From positions 30,093,875 to 30,131,529 of the forward strand of contig NC_069004.1 of NCBI RefSeq assembly GCF_001194135.2: DNA of 37,655 nucleotides, written 5' to 3'. The position numbers and the translations under genes are program-made. Below, in pieces: positions 10,925-22,710 of the stretch (positions are counted from its first letter, which is position 1; each line of letters starts with the position of its first letter). Source of the DNA: Octopus bimaculoides (Eukaryota). Under the pieces are notes generated by a model. That model searched no databases. It had not been told where the DNA came from and was given only the letters and a program-made list of their open reading frames with translations.

Positions 10925-11245
10925 AGGCATGTGGTCTAGTGGTTAGGGTATTTAGCTCATGGTCATAAGGTCGTGAGTTCAATTCCTGGCGGTGCAATGT
11001 GTTCTTAGCAAGACACTTTATTTCACATTACTCCAGTCCACTCAGCTGGCAAAAATGATTTGTACTTGTAATACAAAGGGGCCGGCCTTGTCACATTCTG
11101 ACATGCTGAATCTCCCTAAAAACTACGTTAAGGGTATGCGTGTCTGTGGAGTGCTCAGCCACTTGCATGTTAATTTCATGAGTAGGCTGTTCCGTTGATT
11201 GGATCAACTGGAATCCTTGTCGTCGTAACTAGCGGAGGAGTGTCA
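10925..11245 (+). mobile_element. tRNA-derived SINE family C
   Basis: tRNA-like head GTGGTCTAGTGGTTAG...GAGTTCAATTCC, then GTGTTCTTAGCAAGACACTTTATTTC; matches 26093-26410 and 37140-37312. Confidence 0.8.
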
Positions 11246-11322
11246 GTGCTACATGATGGCATAATAGTGTTATAGTCGAATATTACAAGAATAGAAAAGA
11301 TATCAGAGTTAATGACATCATC

Positions 11323-11515
11323 ATCATCATCATCAACGTCCACCTTCCATGCTGTCATCGGTTGGACAGTTGGACAGGAGCCTGCATCAGACTTCTGTGT
11401 TTGTTTCAACAGGGACTTTGTGGCTGGATGCCCTACCTAACACCAACCAGAGCCAGCTTTTGTCAAACCGTCCAACCCATGCCAGCATGGAAAACAGACA
11501 TCTGATGGTGATGTT
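11323..11515. mobile_element. Two RTE tail ends in inverted orientation
   Basis: (CAT)n..TTCCATGCTGTCATCGGTTGGAC on the left and GTCCAACCCATGCCAGCATGGAAAACAGAC..GATG on the right. Confidence 0.6.
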
Positions 11516-11686
11516 GGTGTACATACATATACACAGATGCACAGAAAACACACGCACTCACACTCAAACACAGAAATATATATGTCCATATACACACACA
11601 AAACATGTATACAGTAACTCACCCAAATATACAATATTCAAGAACTCACAAAAGCACACCCACGCATAAATGCTAATATATGCCCC

Positions 11687-11718
<32 letters not shown>

Positions 11719-12843
11719 ATACAGGCTCACATACTCAAACACACAAATATTTGCCCATACATGCATAAAACATAAGCCTAGATACACACCTCGCAAATTC
11801 ATGTCCAAACATACATAAATACACGTTCATACACATGCACACACAAATACATGCTCATAAACACACACACAAATACATGTCCATAAACACGCACACAAAT
11901 ACATGTCCATAAACACGCACACATGTGTGCGCGTGCATACACACACAAGACACGTGCCAACACGCATACACATGACCATATACATGTACACACATGCAAA
12001 ACACACGTGTTCCCAAACACAAGGAAATTCAGAAACACACACCTACACATATATACACAACACACACACACAAAATACGTACCGAAATATACGGAAACTC
12101 CCAAACACACGCCCACACACAAAACACACTCCCACACTCACCCACCCACCTTACCTTAATAATCAATTAACGAACATCAATTACTAATTACCGCAGCTCA
12201 ATGTCACATGATAGAGTGGCTGTATGTATCTACAGACAGCATGTGTGTGTGTGTGTGGTCAGTAGAGTGTGCACGTATTTGTATGCGCTAGCAGTGCGTG
12301 CAGGTGTGTTTGGTTAACAATGATGNNNNNNNNNNNNNNNNNNNNNNNNNNNNNNNNNNNNNNNNNNNNNNNNNNNNNNNNNNNNNNNNNNNNNNNNNNN
12401 NNNNNNNNNNNNNNNNNNNNNNNNNNNNNNNNNNNNNNNNNNNNNNNNNNNNNNNNNNNNNNNNNNNNNNNNNNNNNNNNNNNNNNNNNNNNNNNNNNNN
12501 NNNNNNNNNNNNNNNNNNNNNNNNNNNNNNNNNNNNNNNNNNNNNNNNNNNNNNNNNNNNNNNNNNNNNNNNNNNNNNNNNNNNNNNNNNNNNNNNNNNN
12601 NNNNNNNNNNNNNNNNNNNNNNNNNNNNNNNNNNNNNNNNNNNNNNNNNNNNNNNNNNNNNNNNNNNNNNNNNNNNNNNNNNNNNNNNNNNNNNNNNNNN
12701 NNNNNNNNNNNNNNNNNNNNNNNNNNNNNNNNNNNNNNNNNNNNNNNNNNNNNNNNNNNNNNNNNNNNNNNNNNNNNNNNNNNNNNNNNNNNNNNNNNNN
12801 NNNNNNNNNNNNNNNNNNNNNNNNNNNNNNNNNNNNNNNNNNN

Positions 12844-13140
12844 TGGTAGATGAAATAGCGCTAACCATTATCGCCTGGTGTGCTAACGTTTCTGCCAACT
12901 CGACGGGCTTCTTTATTTCTTTACTGCCCACAAGGGGCTAAACATAGAGGGGACAAACAAGGACAAACAAAGGGGTTAAGCCGATTACATCGACCCCAGT
13001 GCGTAACTGGTACTTAATTTATCGACCCCGAAAGGATGAAAGGCAAAGTCGACCTCGGCGGAATTTGAACTCAGAACGTAATGGTAGATGAAATAGCGCT
13101 AACCATTATCGCCTGGTGTGCTAACGTTTCTGCCAACTCG
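12844..13140 (-). mobile_element. SINE family B, long-tailed form
   Basis: Contains ATCGACCCCGAAAGGATGAAAGGCAAAGTCGACCTCGGCGGAATTTGAACTCAG. Confidence 0.8.
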
Positions 13141-13285
13141 ACGGGCTTCTTTAAGTTTCCGTCTACCAAATCCACTCACAAAGCTTTGGTCAGCCCAAGG
13201 CTTTAGTAGAAGACACTTGCCCAAGGTGCCATGCAGAGAGACTGAACCTGGAACCATGTGGTTGGGAAGCAAGCTTCTCACCAAA
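13140..13285 (-). mobile_element. SINE family A, 5' half, fused to a family B copy
   Basis: Family A sequence up to AAGAAGCCCGTCG, then directly the family B head. Confidence 0.75.
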
Positions 13286-13683
13286 CAGACACACAATGTA
13301 TGTATGCATGTATGTATGTATGTATGTATGTATGATGTATGTATGTATGATGTATGTATGTATGTAAGAGATCCAGTTTAAGCTAGTTTAATATGTAATT
13401 TAGCTCCAAAATGAAATAAATTTTATTAAGTCTTGCCAACTGTTTGAAGAGTTTCTTGGCAGTGTAAATAATGGTACTTATGGCGGTGGTAGCAATGAAA
13501 TATATTTCCCTTTCCTGTGATCATTTGAGGATTTCTGTGGAGCGAAAAATCTTGCTTAACAAGTTTGAAAACAATATAAAACATTAAAGATTTTTATGAA
13601 GAATATAATGGAGAAAAATGGGCAATTTTTGCGTGGGCAGGTATGTGCTTTGTGTATGCGTTGGGGGTGTAGGTATGTATATG

Positions 13684-13725
<42 letters not shown>

Positions 13726-14501
13726 GTGTATGTAAATTGGTATGTGAGTGCAAAGGTATGCCTGTAGGGGTATGTGGGAGAGGGTGCATCGGTATGTATG
13801 GGTGTATGTGTGGGGGGATCTATGTATGTGAGGAGGTATATATGTGTGTAGGGATGTGTGTGTGTGTGTGTGTGTGTGTAGAGGAGTGCTCTGATTCAGG
13901 AATCCCAGCATTTTGGAGAGAGTAGAACCGCCTCTTAGCCCCTATCGTTCCCAGATCTATTCTGACCACAGAGTAGCAGCACCTGTCAGGGTCCTGGCTG
14001 TAGGTTAATTAACATATTAGGTCCTTGCCTGTTCTGACCATCCATATGAAAGCGGGATCTGGAAAAATCTGCAGAAGAAACCTTTCGTGGTTCAACGGAG
14101 GAGCAGGCAGCTGCAGTGATGCATTGTGGGGTGCAGAGTGCAGGATGAAGTAAGAAGGACATCTTGGTCATTCACTGCATCTGTCTCCATCCTCAGTTGT
14201 CTTGACCTGGTCTTGCTGGTGAAGATGGTCATGGATGAGAGAGAGTGGGGTTGACCGTGTGCGACTCTTCTTCACTTTAAACAAAGTCATTGTGCAAGTG
14301 ACCAGTCATCCTAAAAGATGACGAGACGGTTCTTGTTGCTCTGATGGATGAACAAGATGATGATGATGATGATGTGTACGTGTGTGTGAATGGTGTGATA
14401 TGGGGGGGGGGCAGTGGGTTGTGTGTGTGTGGTATGGTTTTGATGTAAATATGTGTATGGATATTTTGTGTGAGGCATGTATGTAGTGTGAATGTGGGGG
14501 T

Positions 14502-14502
<1 letters not shown>

Positions 14503-14550
<48 letters not shown>
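14503..14550 (+). repeat. (TAG)n microsatellite
   Basis: Directly visible. Confidence 0.95.
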
Positions 14551-14552
<2 letters not shown>

Positions 14553-14559
14553 TGTGTAT

Positions 14560-14711
14560 TGTAACGAGTGTGCTTGCTGTAACGAGTGCTTGCTGTAACG
14601 TGTGCTTGCTGTAACGTGTGCTTGCTGTAACGAGTGTGCTTGCTGTAACGAGTGTGCTTGCTGTAACGAGTGTGCTTGCTGTAACGAGTGTGCTTGTTGT
14701 AACATTGTTGT

Positions 14712-14715
<4 letters not shown>
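14560..14715 (+). repeat. 16-18 bp minisatellite (GTAACGAGTGTGCTTGCT)n
   Basis: About 8 units. Confidence 0.9.
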
Positions 14716-14750
<35 letters not shown>

Positions 14751-15149
14751 AAGGGGGATTGGTATGTGTGTTTCTTTACATTTTATAGTTGTTCAGCCCC
14801 TAGGTTAACCCCAATCAAGTTGGCTATAACAAATGGTATTCCAGCCAGCAAGGACCATCCCCTTTTTTCCCCTCAAGGTCATCTAGAATGCCGTATATAT
14901 CCAACATGCCTTCTCCTTAAGACAACAGCAAGGTCCTATTTGGGGGAGCTTTAATAACTACATCAAGCAGGTTGATCAAACACACATTTAGCAGTTGTTT
15001 AGCTCTAGATCAGCTGTAATCAATTAGGCCATCAAGATCATCCTGACTTATAACTCTTTAGCATTTAAACCAGCTCAAATATTAGGGTCCAAATATTCTA
15101 CCTGTTTTGGGCTCAAACCGGACAGTTTATTATCATCATGATTATGCGA

Positions 15150-15900
15150 TTGTGTCACGTAAAAGGCACTGGTACTAAGTGGCAAAGAAAAAGCTCTGGT
15201 ATTGGTGCCACAGGAAAAAACATTGGTGATAGTTTCACATCTGGTGCCCTGTAAAAGGCACTGGTCCTGGTGCTACATAAAAAGCACTGGAGCTTGTGCC
15301 ACGTCAAATGCACTGGTGCTGAAGCCATGTTAAAAGCACTGCAGCTCTTGTCGCATAAAAAGCACTACTGTTGGCGCCACGTAAAAAAGCATTAATGATG
15401 GTTTTTCACCTCTGGTGCCAGGGCTATGTAAAAAGCACTGGTCCTGGTGCCACATAAAAAGCACTGGAGCTTGTGCCACGTCAAATGCACTGGTGCTGAA
15501 GCCATGTTAAAAGCACTGCAGCTCNNNNNNNNNNNNNNNNNNTACATAAAAAGCACTGGAGCTTGTGCCACGTCAAATGCACTGGTGCTGAAGCCATGTT
15601 AAAAGCACTGCAGCTCTTGTCACATAAAAAGCACTACTGTTGGCGCCACGTAAAAAAGCATTAATGATGGTTTTTCACCTCTGTTGCCAGGGCTATGTAA
15701 AAAGCACTGGTCCTGGTGCCACATAAAGAGCACAGGTGCTGTACAAACAGCACCCAGTACACTGTGTAAAATGGTTGGTATTAAGAAGGGCATTTAGTCA
15801 TAGAAACCAGGCCAAAACTAACTGTGAAACCTGGGGAGCAGCTCCTGTCAAGCTGTCCGACCCATGCCAGCATGGAAAACAGACATTAAATGATGATGAT
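15150..15900 (+). mobile_element. RTE 3' UTR with an expanded GCCACRTAAAAAGCAC minisatellite and (GAT)n tail
   Basis: The array runs directly into the tail consensus (AAGGGCATT..TAGAAACC..CCCATGCCAGCATGGAAAACAGAC) and ends AATGATGATGAT. Confidence 0.7.
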
Positions 15901-17414
15901 CTCTGTGTCACTGAGTTAAATATCTACCTCTTCTTTTCTAGGTCGATGGCTTGGTTCCCCCACCCCCCTGCATCTTTTGCTCTCTTGTGGATCTTGTGAC
16001 TGAAAATAAAGTAGCAGTTGACAAGTACAATGTGGTGGGAATGTAGTGGGTGTGAGAAAGGGGAGGGGGTACGCAAGTGGGCAGTGATTGATACATAATA
16101 ATTGAGTGTAGAAACACCTTTGATGATAATGATGATGATGATGATGATGATAACAGTGGGAGGCTGTGGAGATATGGCAGTGGTAGTGGTTGTGGTGCTC
16201 CAGCATGGCAATAATCCAATCACTGACTGCCAGAAACAAAAAGGGGGCGGAAAGAAAACAAGAAAATCCTGGAATAAATGAATACAGAAAGAGAATGAGA
16301 GAGAGAGAGAGAGAGAGGGGAGAGAGAGAGAGANNNNNNNNNNNNNNNNNNNNNNNNNNNNNNNNNNNNNNNNNNNNNNNNNNNNNNNNNNNNNNNNNNN
16401 NNNNNNNNNNNNNNNNNNNNNNNNNNNNNNNNNNNNNNNNNNNNNNNNNNNNNNNNNNNNNNNNNNNNNNNNNNNNNNNNNNNNNNNNNNNNNNNNNNNN
16501 NNNNNNNNNNNNNNNNNNNNNNNNNNNNNNNNNNNNNNNNNNNNNNNNNNNNNNNNNNNNNNNNNNNNNNNNNNNNNNNNNNNNNNNNNNNNNNNNNNNN
16601 NNNNNNNNNNNNNNNNNNNNNNNNNNNNNNNNNNNNNNNNNNNNNNNNNNNNNNNNNNNNNNNNNNNNNNNNNNNNNNNNNNNNNNNNNNNNNNNNNNNN
16701 NNNNNNNNNNNNNNNNNNNNNNNNNNNNNNNNNNNNNNNNNNNNNNNNNNNNNNNNNNNNNNNNNNNNNNNNNNNNNNNNNNNNNNNNNNNNNNNNNNNN
16801 NNNNNNNNNNNNNNNNNNNNNNNNNNNNNNNNNNNNNNNNNNNNNNNNNNNNNNNNNNACTAGCTGTTACCTTTACCTTGTTTGATTAAGGGGTGTAGAC
16901 AAGGAGGGTGGTTGGGTGTGTGGTGGTGGTGGTGGTAGTGGATGTTGTCAGAGGTGGCGGAAGGAAGGAGGTGGAGTTAGGGACGAGGAGGGGTGAGGTG
17001 CGAGGAGGTTCGGGTAAGGGGATGGCGTGAGGACTGGAGGGAGTTGGGGAAAAAAAAAAAAAGGTGGCGACTGAGATGGAAATAAATATGTAATAAAGTA
17101 ATATAAGATATACACAAAATAATAATAATGATAATAATAAGGGACCCACCTGCTGCTCCTAACAGCATTCTCTCTTAGACTCTACTGTTATAAACAGACT
17201 TAGGTATGGAATCAGAAAAATATTATAAAGATATATATATATACACACACACACATAAACGCACACACACATATATATATACACATATACAGATCTATAT
17301 ACACATATACACACACATATATACACACACACACACTGCTAGAGCAGTGCCTTTAGTTTAGATCTTATCATATTCTATTATTCTATGTTAATTTAGTTAA
17401 TTGTAAGAGAATAT

Positions 17415-18045
17415 AGGCGCAGGAGTGGCTGTGTGGTAAGTAGCTTGCTTACCAACCACATGGTTCCAGGTTCAGTCCCACTGCATGGCACCTTGGGCAA
17501 GTGTCTTCTACTATATAGCCTCTGGCCGACCAAAGCCTGGTGAGTGGATTTGGTAGACTGAAACTGAAAAAGAAGCCCGTTGTATATATGTATATATATA
17601 TATGTGTGTGTTTGTGTGTCTGTGTTTGTCCCCCCCCCCCCACAACATCGCTTGACAACTGATGCTGGTGTGTTTACGTCCCCGTAACTTAGTGGTTCGG
17701 CAAAAGAGACCGATAGAATAAGTACTAGGCTGGGATTGATTTGCTCGGGCCGACCAAAGCCTTGTGAGTGGATTTGGTAGATGGAAACTGAAAGAAGCCC
17801 GTCATATATATGTATATATATGTGTGTGTGTGCATTTCTGTATCTGCGTTTGTCACCCCAACATCGCTTGACAACCGATGCTGCTGTGTTTACGTCCCTG
17901 TAACTTAACGGTTCGGCAAAAGAGACCGATAGAATAAGTACTAGGCTTACAAAGAATAAGTCCTGGAGTCGATCTGCTTGACTAAAGGCGGTGCTCCAGC
18001 ATGGCCGCAGTCAAATGACTGAAACAAGTAAAAGAGTAAAAGAGA
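17415..18045 (+). mobile_element. Two tandem SINE family A copies (second is 5'-truncated)
   Basis: Full head at about 17415; sequence restarts at GGGCCGACCAAAGCC near 17745; GTAAAAGA tail near 18040. Confidence 0.85.
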
Positions 18046-18433
18046 GAGAAATTTGAATGTAATGAAATGTTTTAAAAGAAACTTAAAGTGCCTACGTGAT
18101 AACTGTAAAACTATTTTTGGGGCCACCCTGTGTATATTATACGTATTGTATTTACACCAGCACTTCTAAGTGTGTATAAATGCACACAAATTATCGTTAT
18201 CTGTTTACTTTTATTTATGTATTTACTAACTGAATGGGATAACGAGCAAACTATTTGACAAGTATGAATTATCCATGTGACATTGAAATTGTCTGATTAT
18301 TTGTTCCAGAACCATCCCAGGAAATACTGTTATCAGCAGTATACAAAGTCACAACTCCTCAATCTGTAACTAGGTCGTTAAGTGCTAACATACGAAACTA
18401 CAGGCCCTTGAGTAACTCTGTTGCTTCTGCTAA

Positions 18434-18468
<35 letters not shown>

Positions 18469-18473
18469 AATAA

Positions 18474-18510
<37 letters not shown>

Positions 18511-18719
18511 NNNNNNNNNNCTTATATATTTAATACTCTATATTTAATACTCAGTATTTCATATATTCAATAAGACATTCAATACTTCATTTCATTTTAA
18601 TATTTATATTATATACTCCATATTCTATATCCCACATTAATTTTATAAGAATATAAATAAAACATAAAAAACAGAGTTGGAACTCTTTTAAATTATATAT
18701 ATCTATATATATATATATA

Positions 18720-18838
18720 TCAGTGGATTTGGTAGATGGAAACTGAAAGAAGCAAGCTGCGAGCTGGCAGAATCGTTAGCACGCCGGGCGAAATGCTTAG
18801 CGGTATTTCGTCTGCCGTTACATTCTGAGTTCAAATAA
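18720..18838 (+). mobile_element. SINE family A fragment fused to a family B head
   Basis: GGAAACTGAAAGAAGC followed by AAGCTGCGAGCTGGCAGAATCGTTAGCACGCCGGG. Confidence 0.7.
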
Positions 18839-18849
18839 CTGTCATATTT

Positions 18850-19335
18850 GAACTGACGTTTGGAATATAAATTAAGATAAAATTTCAATGAAAAGTTTAA
18901 ATTTGAATTACTTTAAAACAGGAAGATTGTGTCATAGAACTCAGAGATGTTACTGTCAAAGGGGTTAATACCCATTATTTCTCTTCCCTTCCCATTACAC
19001 ATCCTTATCATCTCAGCTCTCTCTCTCTTACAGACATCAGCTGATATCTTTAAATAAGCAATCTCTCTCTCGAATTGCACACATACACAACCATTTTAAC
19101 GCCTTTTGTTACCATATTTCCGTTGAAATATATTGCCACTGTTTTGATTGATTTAGAAACTAATAAAGCATTTAGTCAGATAACTGTCCTTATTTGGTTA
19201 GTATTTGGAACATAAATTAAGTTTTGGTGGAAGGTTTTAATTTAGATCACTTTAACCCTTTTGTTACCATATCCCTGTTGAAATACACCGCTTTTTTTTC
19301 TGATTAATTTGGAAATTAAGATTGGAACATATACA
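18850..19335. mobile_element. piggyBac-type MITE fragments (TTAA|CCCTTT ends)
   Basis: One end AAAGGGGTTAA near 18960; TTAACCCTTTTGTTACCATAT starts at 19252. Confidence 0.6.
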
Positions 19336-19349
19336 TGTCTGGAAATTAA

Positions 19350-19715
19350 GATTCTCTGAAAGGTAGAACAGGACAGGAAGAGTTCAGAGATGTGCTATCT
19401 CTGCTGGCAACAAAAGGATTCTCTCTGAATGAAGGGTAGAACAAGGCTGAAAAACATCAGAGATATACTACCTTTGCTGGCAACAAAAGGATTCTCTTTG
19501 AGTGAATGTAGAACAGAGCGAAAAATTTCAGAGATATTCTATCTCTGCTGGCAAGAAAAAGATTCTCTTTGAGTGACGATAGAACAGAACAAAAAATTTC
19601 AGAGATACACTATCTCTGCTGGCAAGAAAATGATTCTCTCTGAATGAAAGGTAGAACAAGGCTGAAAAATATCAGGGATATACGATCACTGCTGGAAATA
19701 AATAGATTCTCTCTT
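19350..19715 (+). repeat. About 5 tandem units of about 71-73 bp
   Basis: Recurring GATTCTCT..TAGAACA..TCAGAGAT..CTGCTGGCAA. Confidence 0.85.
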
Positions 19716-19747
19716 CAGCTGAAAAATAGATTGTATGATAGTTGAAA

Positions 19748-20152
19748 ATCATCATCATCATTTAACATGGGTTAGACGGTTTGACTAAAACTAGTTAGCT
19801 GGAGAGTTGCACCAAGTTCCAGTCTGATTTTACAAAGTTTCTACGGCTGAATGCCTTTCTTAATGCCAACCACTTTACAGGTTGTAATGGATGTTTTTTA
19901 CGTGCCACCAGCATGGGTTCCAATCACATGACACCAGCATCAGCCATGACTACAATTTCACTTGGCTGGACGAGTCTTCTCAAGCACAGAAAATTACCAA
20001 AGGTTTTAATTACATGTCATCACCTCCATGAGACTCAACATCTGAAAATCGTGCTTCACCACTTTGTCCTATGTCTTCCTGGGTTAACCTCTTCCACAGG
20101 TTCCCACCACAGTTAGAGACCAGCACTTCTTTACACAGCTTTCCTCATTTAT
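19748..20152 (-). mobile_element. RTE LINE 3' end: ORF C-terminus, 3' UTR and (GAT)n tail
   Basis: Translation INEESCVKKCWSLTVVGTCGRG*PRKT*DKVVKHDFQMLSLMEVMTCN*NLW*FSVLEKTR matches the RTE-type GRGRPRKTW..VV..DL C-terminus; continues into the tail family found elsewhere in the window. Confidence 0.8.
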
Positions 20153-20263
20153 ATCCAGTAATATTGAATATTGCACATATATAAAGTGCAATATTACACG
20201 TTAGCAAGAAATGACTATTGAAAGCAATGGGTATATGAAAGCTGGAAAGAATAAGGTGAATCG

Positions 20264-20375
20264 TCATCATCATCATCGTTTAACGCCTGCTTTCCATGCT
20301 AGCATGGGTTGGATGGCTACACCAGGCTCCAATCTGATCTGGCAGAGTTTCTACAGCTGGATGCCCTTCCTAGCA
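20264..20375 (-). mobile_element. RTE 3' tail fragment
   Basis: (CAT)n CGTTTAACG..TTTCCATGCTAGCATGGG..CTACAGCTGGATGCCCTTCC. Confidence 0.75.
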
Positions 20376-20379
20376 GTTG

Positions 20380-20600
20380 AATAAAAGAAGAAACTAGCTT
20401 CAAGAAGAATCAGTTGTATTTTGCATAATATGGATGTGTTGCATTTGGAGGATAAACAGTTAAGTAGAAAAAGTACCAAAGGATTTGGATGGGAGGAAAC
20501 AGCAAGATTGGAACATTGAGGAAAATGTTGAGGGCTGATCTCAGGGCATTGAATTGTGTGAAGGAGGGGACAAAGAGCAATAACCAAGTGCTGAGATACT
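20380..20600 (+). mobile_element. Highly decayed RTE ORF C-terminus
   Basis: Weak translation ...LRKMLRADLRALNCVKEGTK..., comparable to the RTE C-terminal motif. Confidence 0.4.
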
Positions 20601-20932
20601 ATAGTGGACAAGACACACAAAACAAATCAAATATTGAAAAAACTAGAAGTAAAATGATGACATAAGCATGCACATATGTATACACACAAATACATAGATA
20701 CCTATATATATATATATATATATATATACATACACATATATATATGAATACATATATATAGACACATATATGAGAAAGATAGGCACAGAGACACGCGTTT
20801 GTGTGTATATATATATATACATGTATTTATTTTGCACAAATGGACTTGTATGTGTGTATATATATATATATACATACACATATATAAAACACAGACATAT
20901 ATACTTACATAGGTATATATAAAAATATGCAC

Positions 20933-20963
<31 letters not shown>

Positions 20964-21094
20964 CATGCATGATTGTATTCATTATGTATGTATACATAGT
21001 ACAAATAAATGGGTCACAGAATAAATGAGCTCTGTATTGGAGATATAAAGTCACAAGGAGTGGCCATGGAGGAGGGGTGGCAACAAAACTCATT

Positions 21095-21136
<42 letters not shown>

Positions 21137-22710
21137 CATCCCCCCCCACATATATATATATACACCCATATACATATTTATATGTATATATGCATACATA
21201 TATTTATAAGTATATATATATACACACATATTTATAAGTATATATACACATACATATATAAACAAATATATGTACAAATCTATATATATCTATGCATACA
21301 TACGACACACATACATACACAGGCATATACATGGACACACATACCATCACGTGTGTCAGCATATCTATATATCTATCCATGTATCAGAAACGATGCAATA
21401 GAGGGGGCGGAGAGTGGGAGGTAAGTGGTTTGATGCCAACGTCCATTTACACAATTCCTTAATATTTCATAAGATTAATGTTTAACAACAACAACAAGAA
21501 CAACAACAACAACAACAACAACAACAACTACAAATAAAAAGCCCCGATCATGTGCTCCATATTTATTCATCCCACGCACATTGGTTACCATGGAAAGAAG
21601 TGTTGTGTCCTTGAGAAGGACGCCAATAGCGTGACCTTGTTTTTTTCTTTATATTTTTTATCGCTTTATTTTTCCTGGGCAGACAATATCCGCTTCAGCC
21701 AACCGTCATAGGGGTGATGTTGGTGTTGGTGATGAATTGTGATTGGATAAAGGNNNNNNNNNNNNNNNNNNNNNNNNNNNNNNNNNNNNNNNNNNNNNNN
21801 NNNNNNNNNNNNNNNNNNNNNNNNNNNNNNNNNNNNNNGGGGTGGGGTGGGGGGTGGAGAGTGGTTCTTAAGGAGTAGGGAAATGGTGAAACCGTTGTGT
21901 TTTTTTTTTCTGTCACAATGGTGGTTGTGGATGGTTGCGAGTTTGTGACGGTGCTGCGGTGTTAATGCTTTGCTTGTTTTTTTTAAAAAGGTATATTATA
22001 AAAGTGAAAGAGGTGCACAAACACACACACGCATACATAGTTACATGTGTGCCCCATATCTCTTTCACATCCACGTATACATGCATACACACACACATAA
22101 GTACATGCATATACACGCATACATATACCCCGTCTGTCTTTTTCTCTATGTCTCTCTTGCTTACTGTTGCACCCAAACATACATGTCTCATGGATACACA
22201 CCCACCTATATGCTTTTTTCTCACACCCCCCCACACACATTGTCTTTCTCACACACGCATATTGCCTCTCCCCAACACACGTTGCTTCCTCCCCCACACA
22301 CACATTGCTTCTTTATCCTACAGACACACACACATACATACATGCACACATTTCTTCTCACTCTTCCACACCTGCCCACACAAGTACATACATGCACCCT
22401 CACACACACATGCACAAACATATACAATGCCTTAGACACACACGGACCTTTAATTTCTCACACACATACACAAAGCACTTTATCACAGACACACACATAT
22501 GCCTTACACATACACACAACTGTCCACAGTATGTTATGCATACACACACACACAACTAGATGCTCATACACAAACAGAGAGAGAGTGAGGGAGGAAGAGG
22601 AGGAAAAGGTCTGATGTCGAATAAGTCAGCAGTGAATCAATGAAGCCAAAAAGGCAGCACCAAAATGGCTGTGCCAGAACGTCTCATACTCACTGTGGAG
22701 TGTGATCAAT

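Noticed and set aside
10925-11000. tRNA genes at SINE heads (also 17415, 26093, 35985)
   Set aside because: A/B-box-like motifs continue into SINE cores with no acceptor-stem closure.
12844-13151. 70-bp direct repeat (12844-12913 and 13082-13151) as a target-site duplication or LTR
   Set aside because: Too long for a TSD and starts at a gap edge; probably an assembly overlap or local SINE duplication.
18050-18135. Tc1/mariner terminal repeat (GGGGCCACCCTGTGTA)
   Set aside because: Single short imperfect end, with no partner TIR or transposase trace.
19350-19715. CRISPR array or C2H2 zinc-finger array reading of the 72-bp repeat (also the arrays at 14560 and 15160)
   Set aside because: No invariant repeat with unique spacers, eukaryotic context, period is not 84 bp, and no CxxC/HxxxH/TGEKP frame.
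20167-20195. Hairpin AATATTGCAC-n9-GTGCAATATT as a terminator or Helitron end
   Set aside because: Only a 10-bp AT-rich stem, with no supporting element structure.
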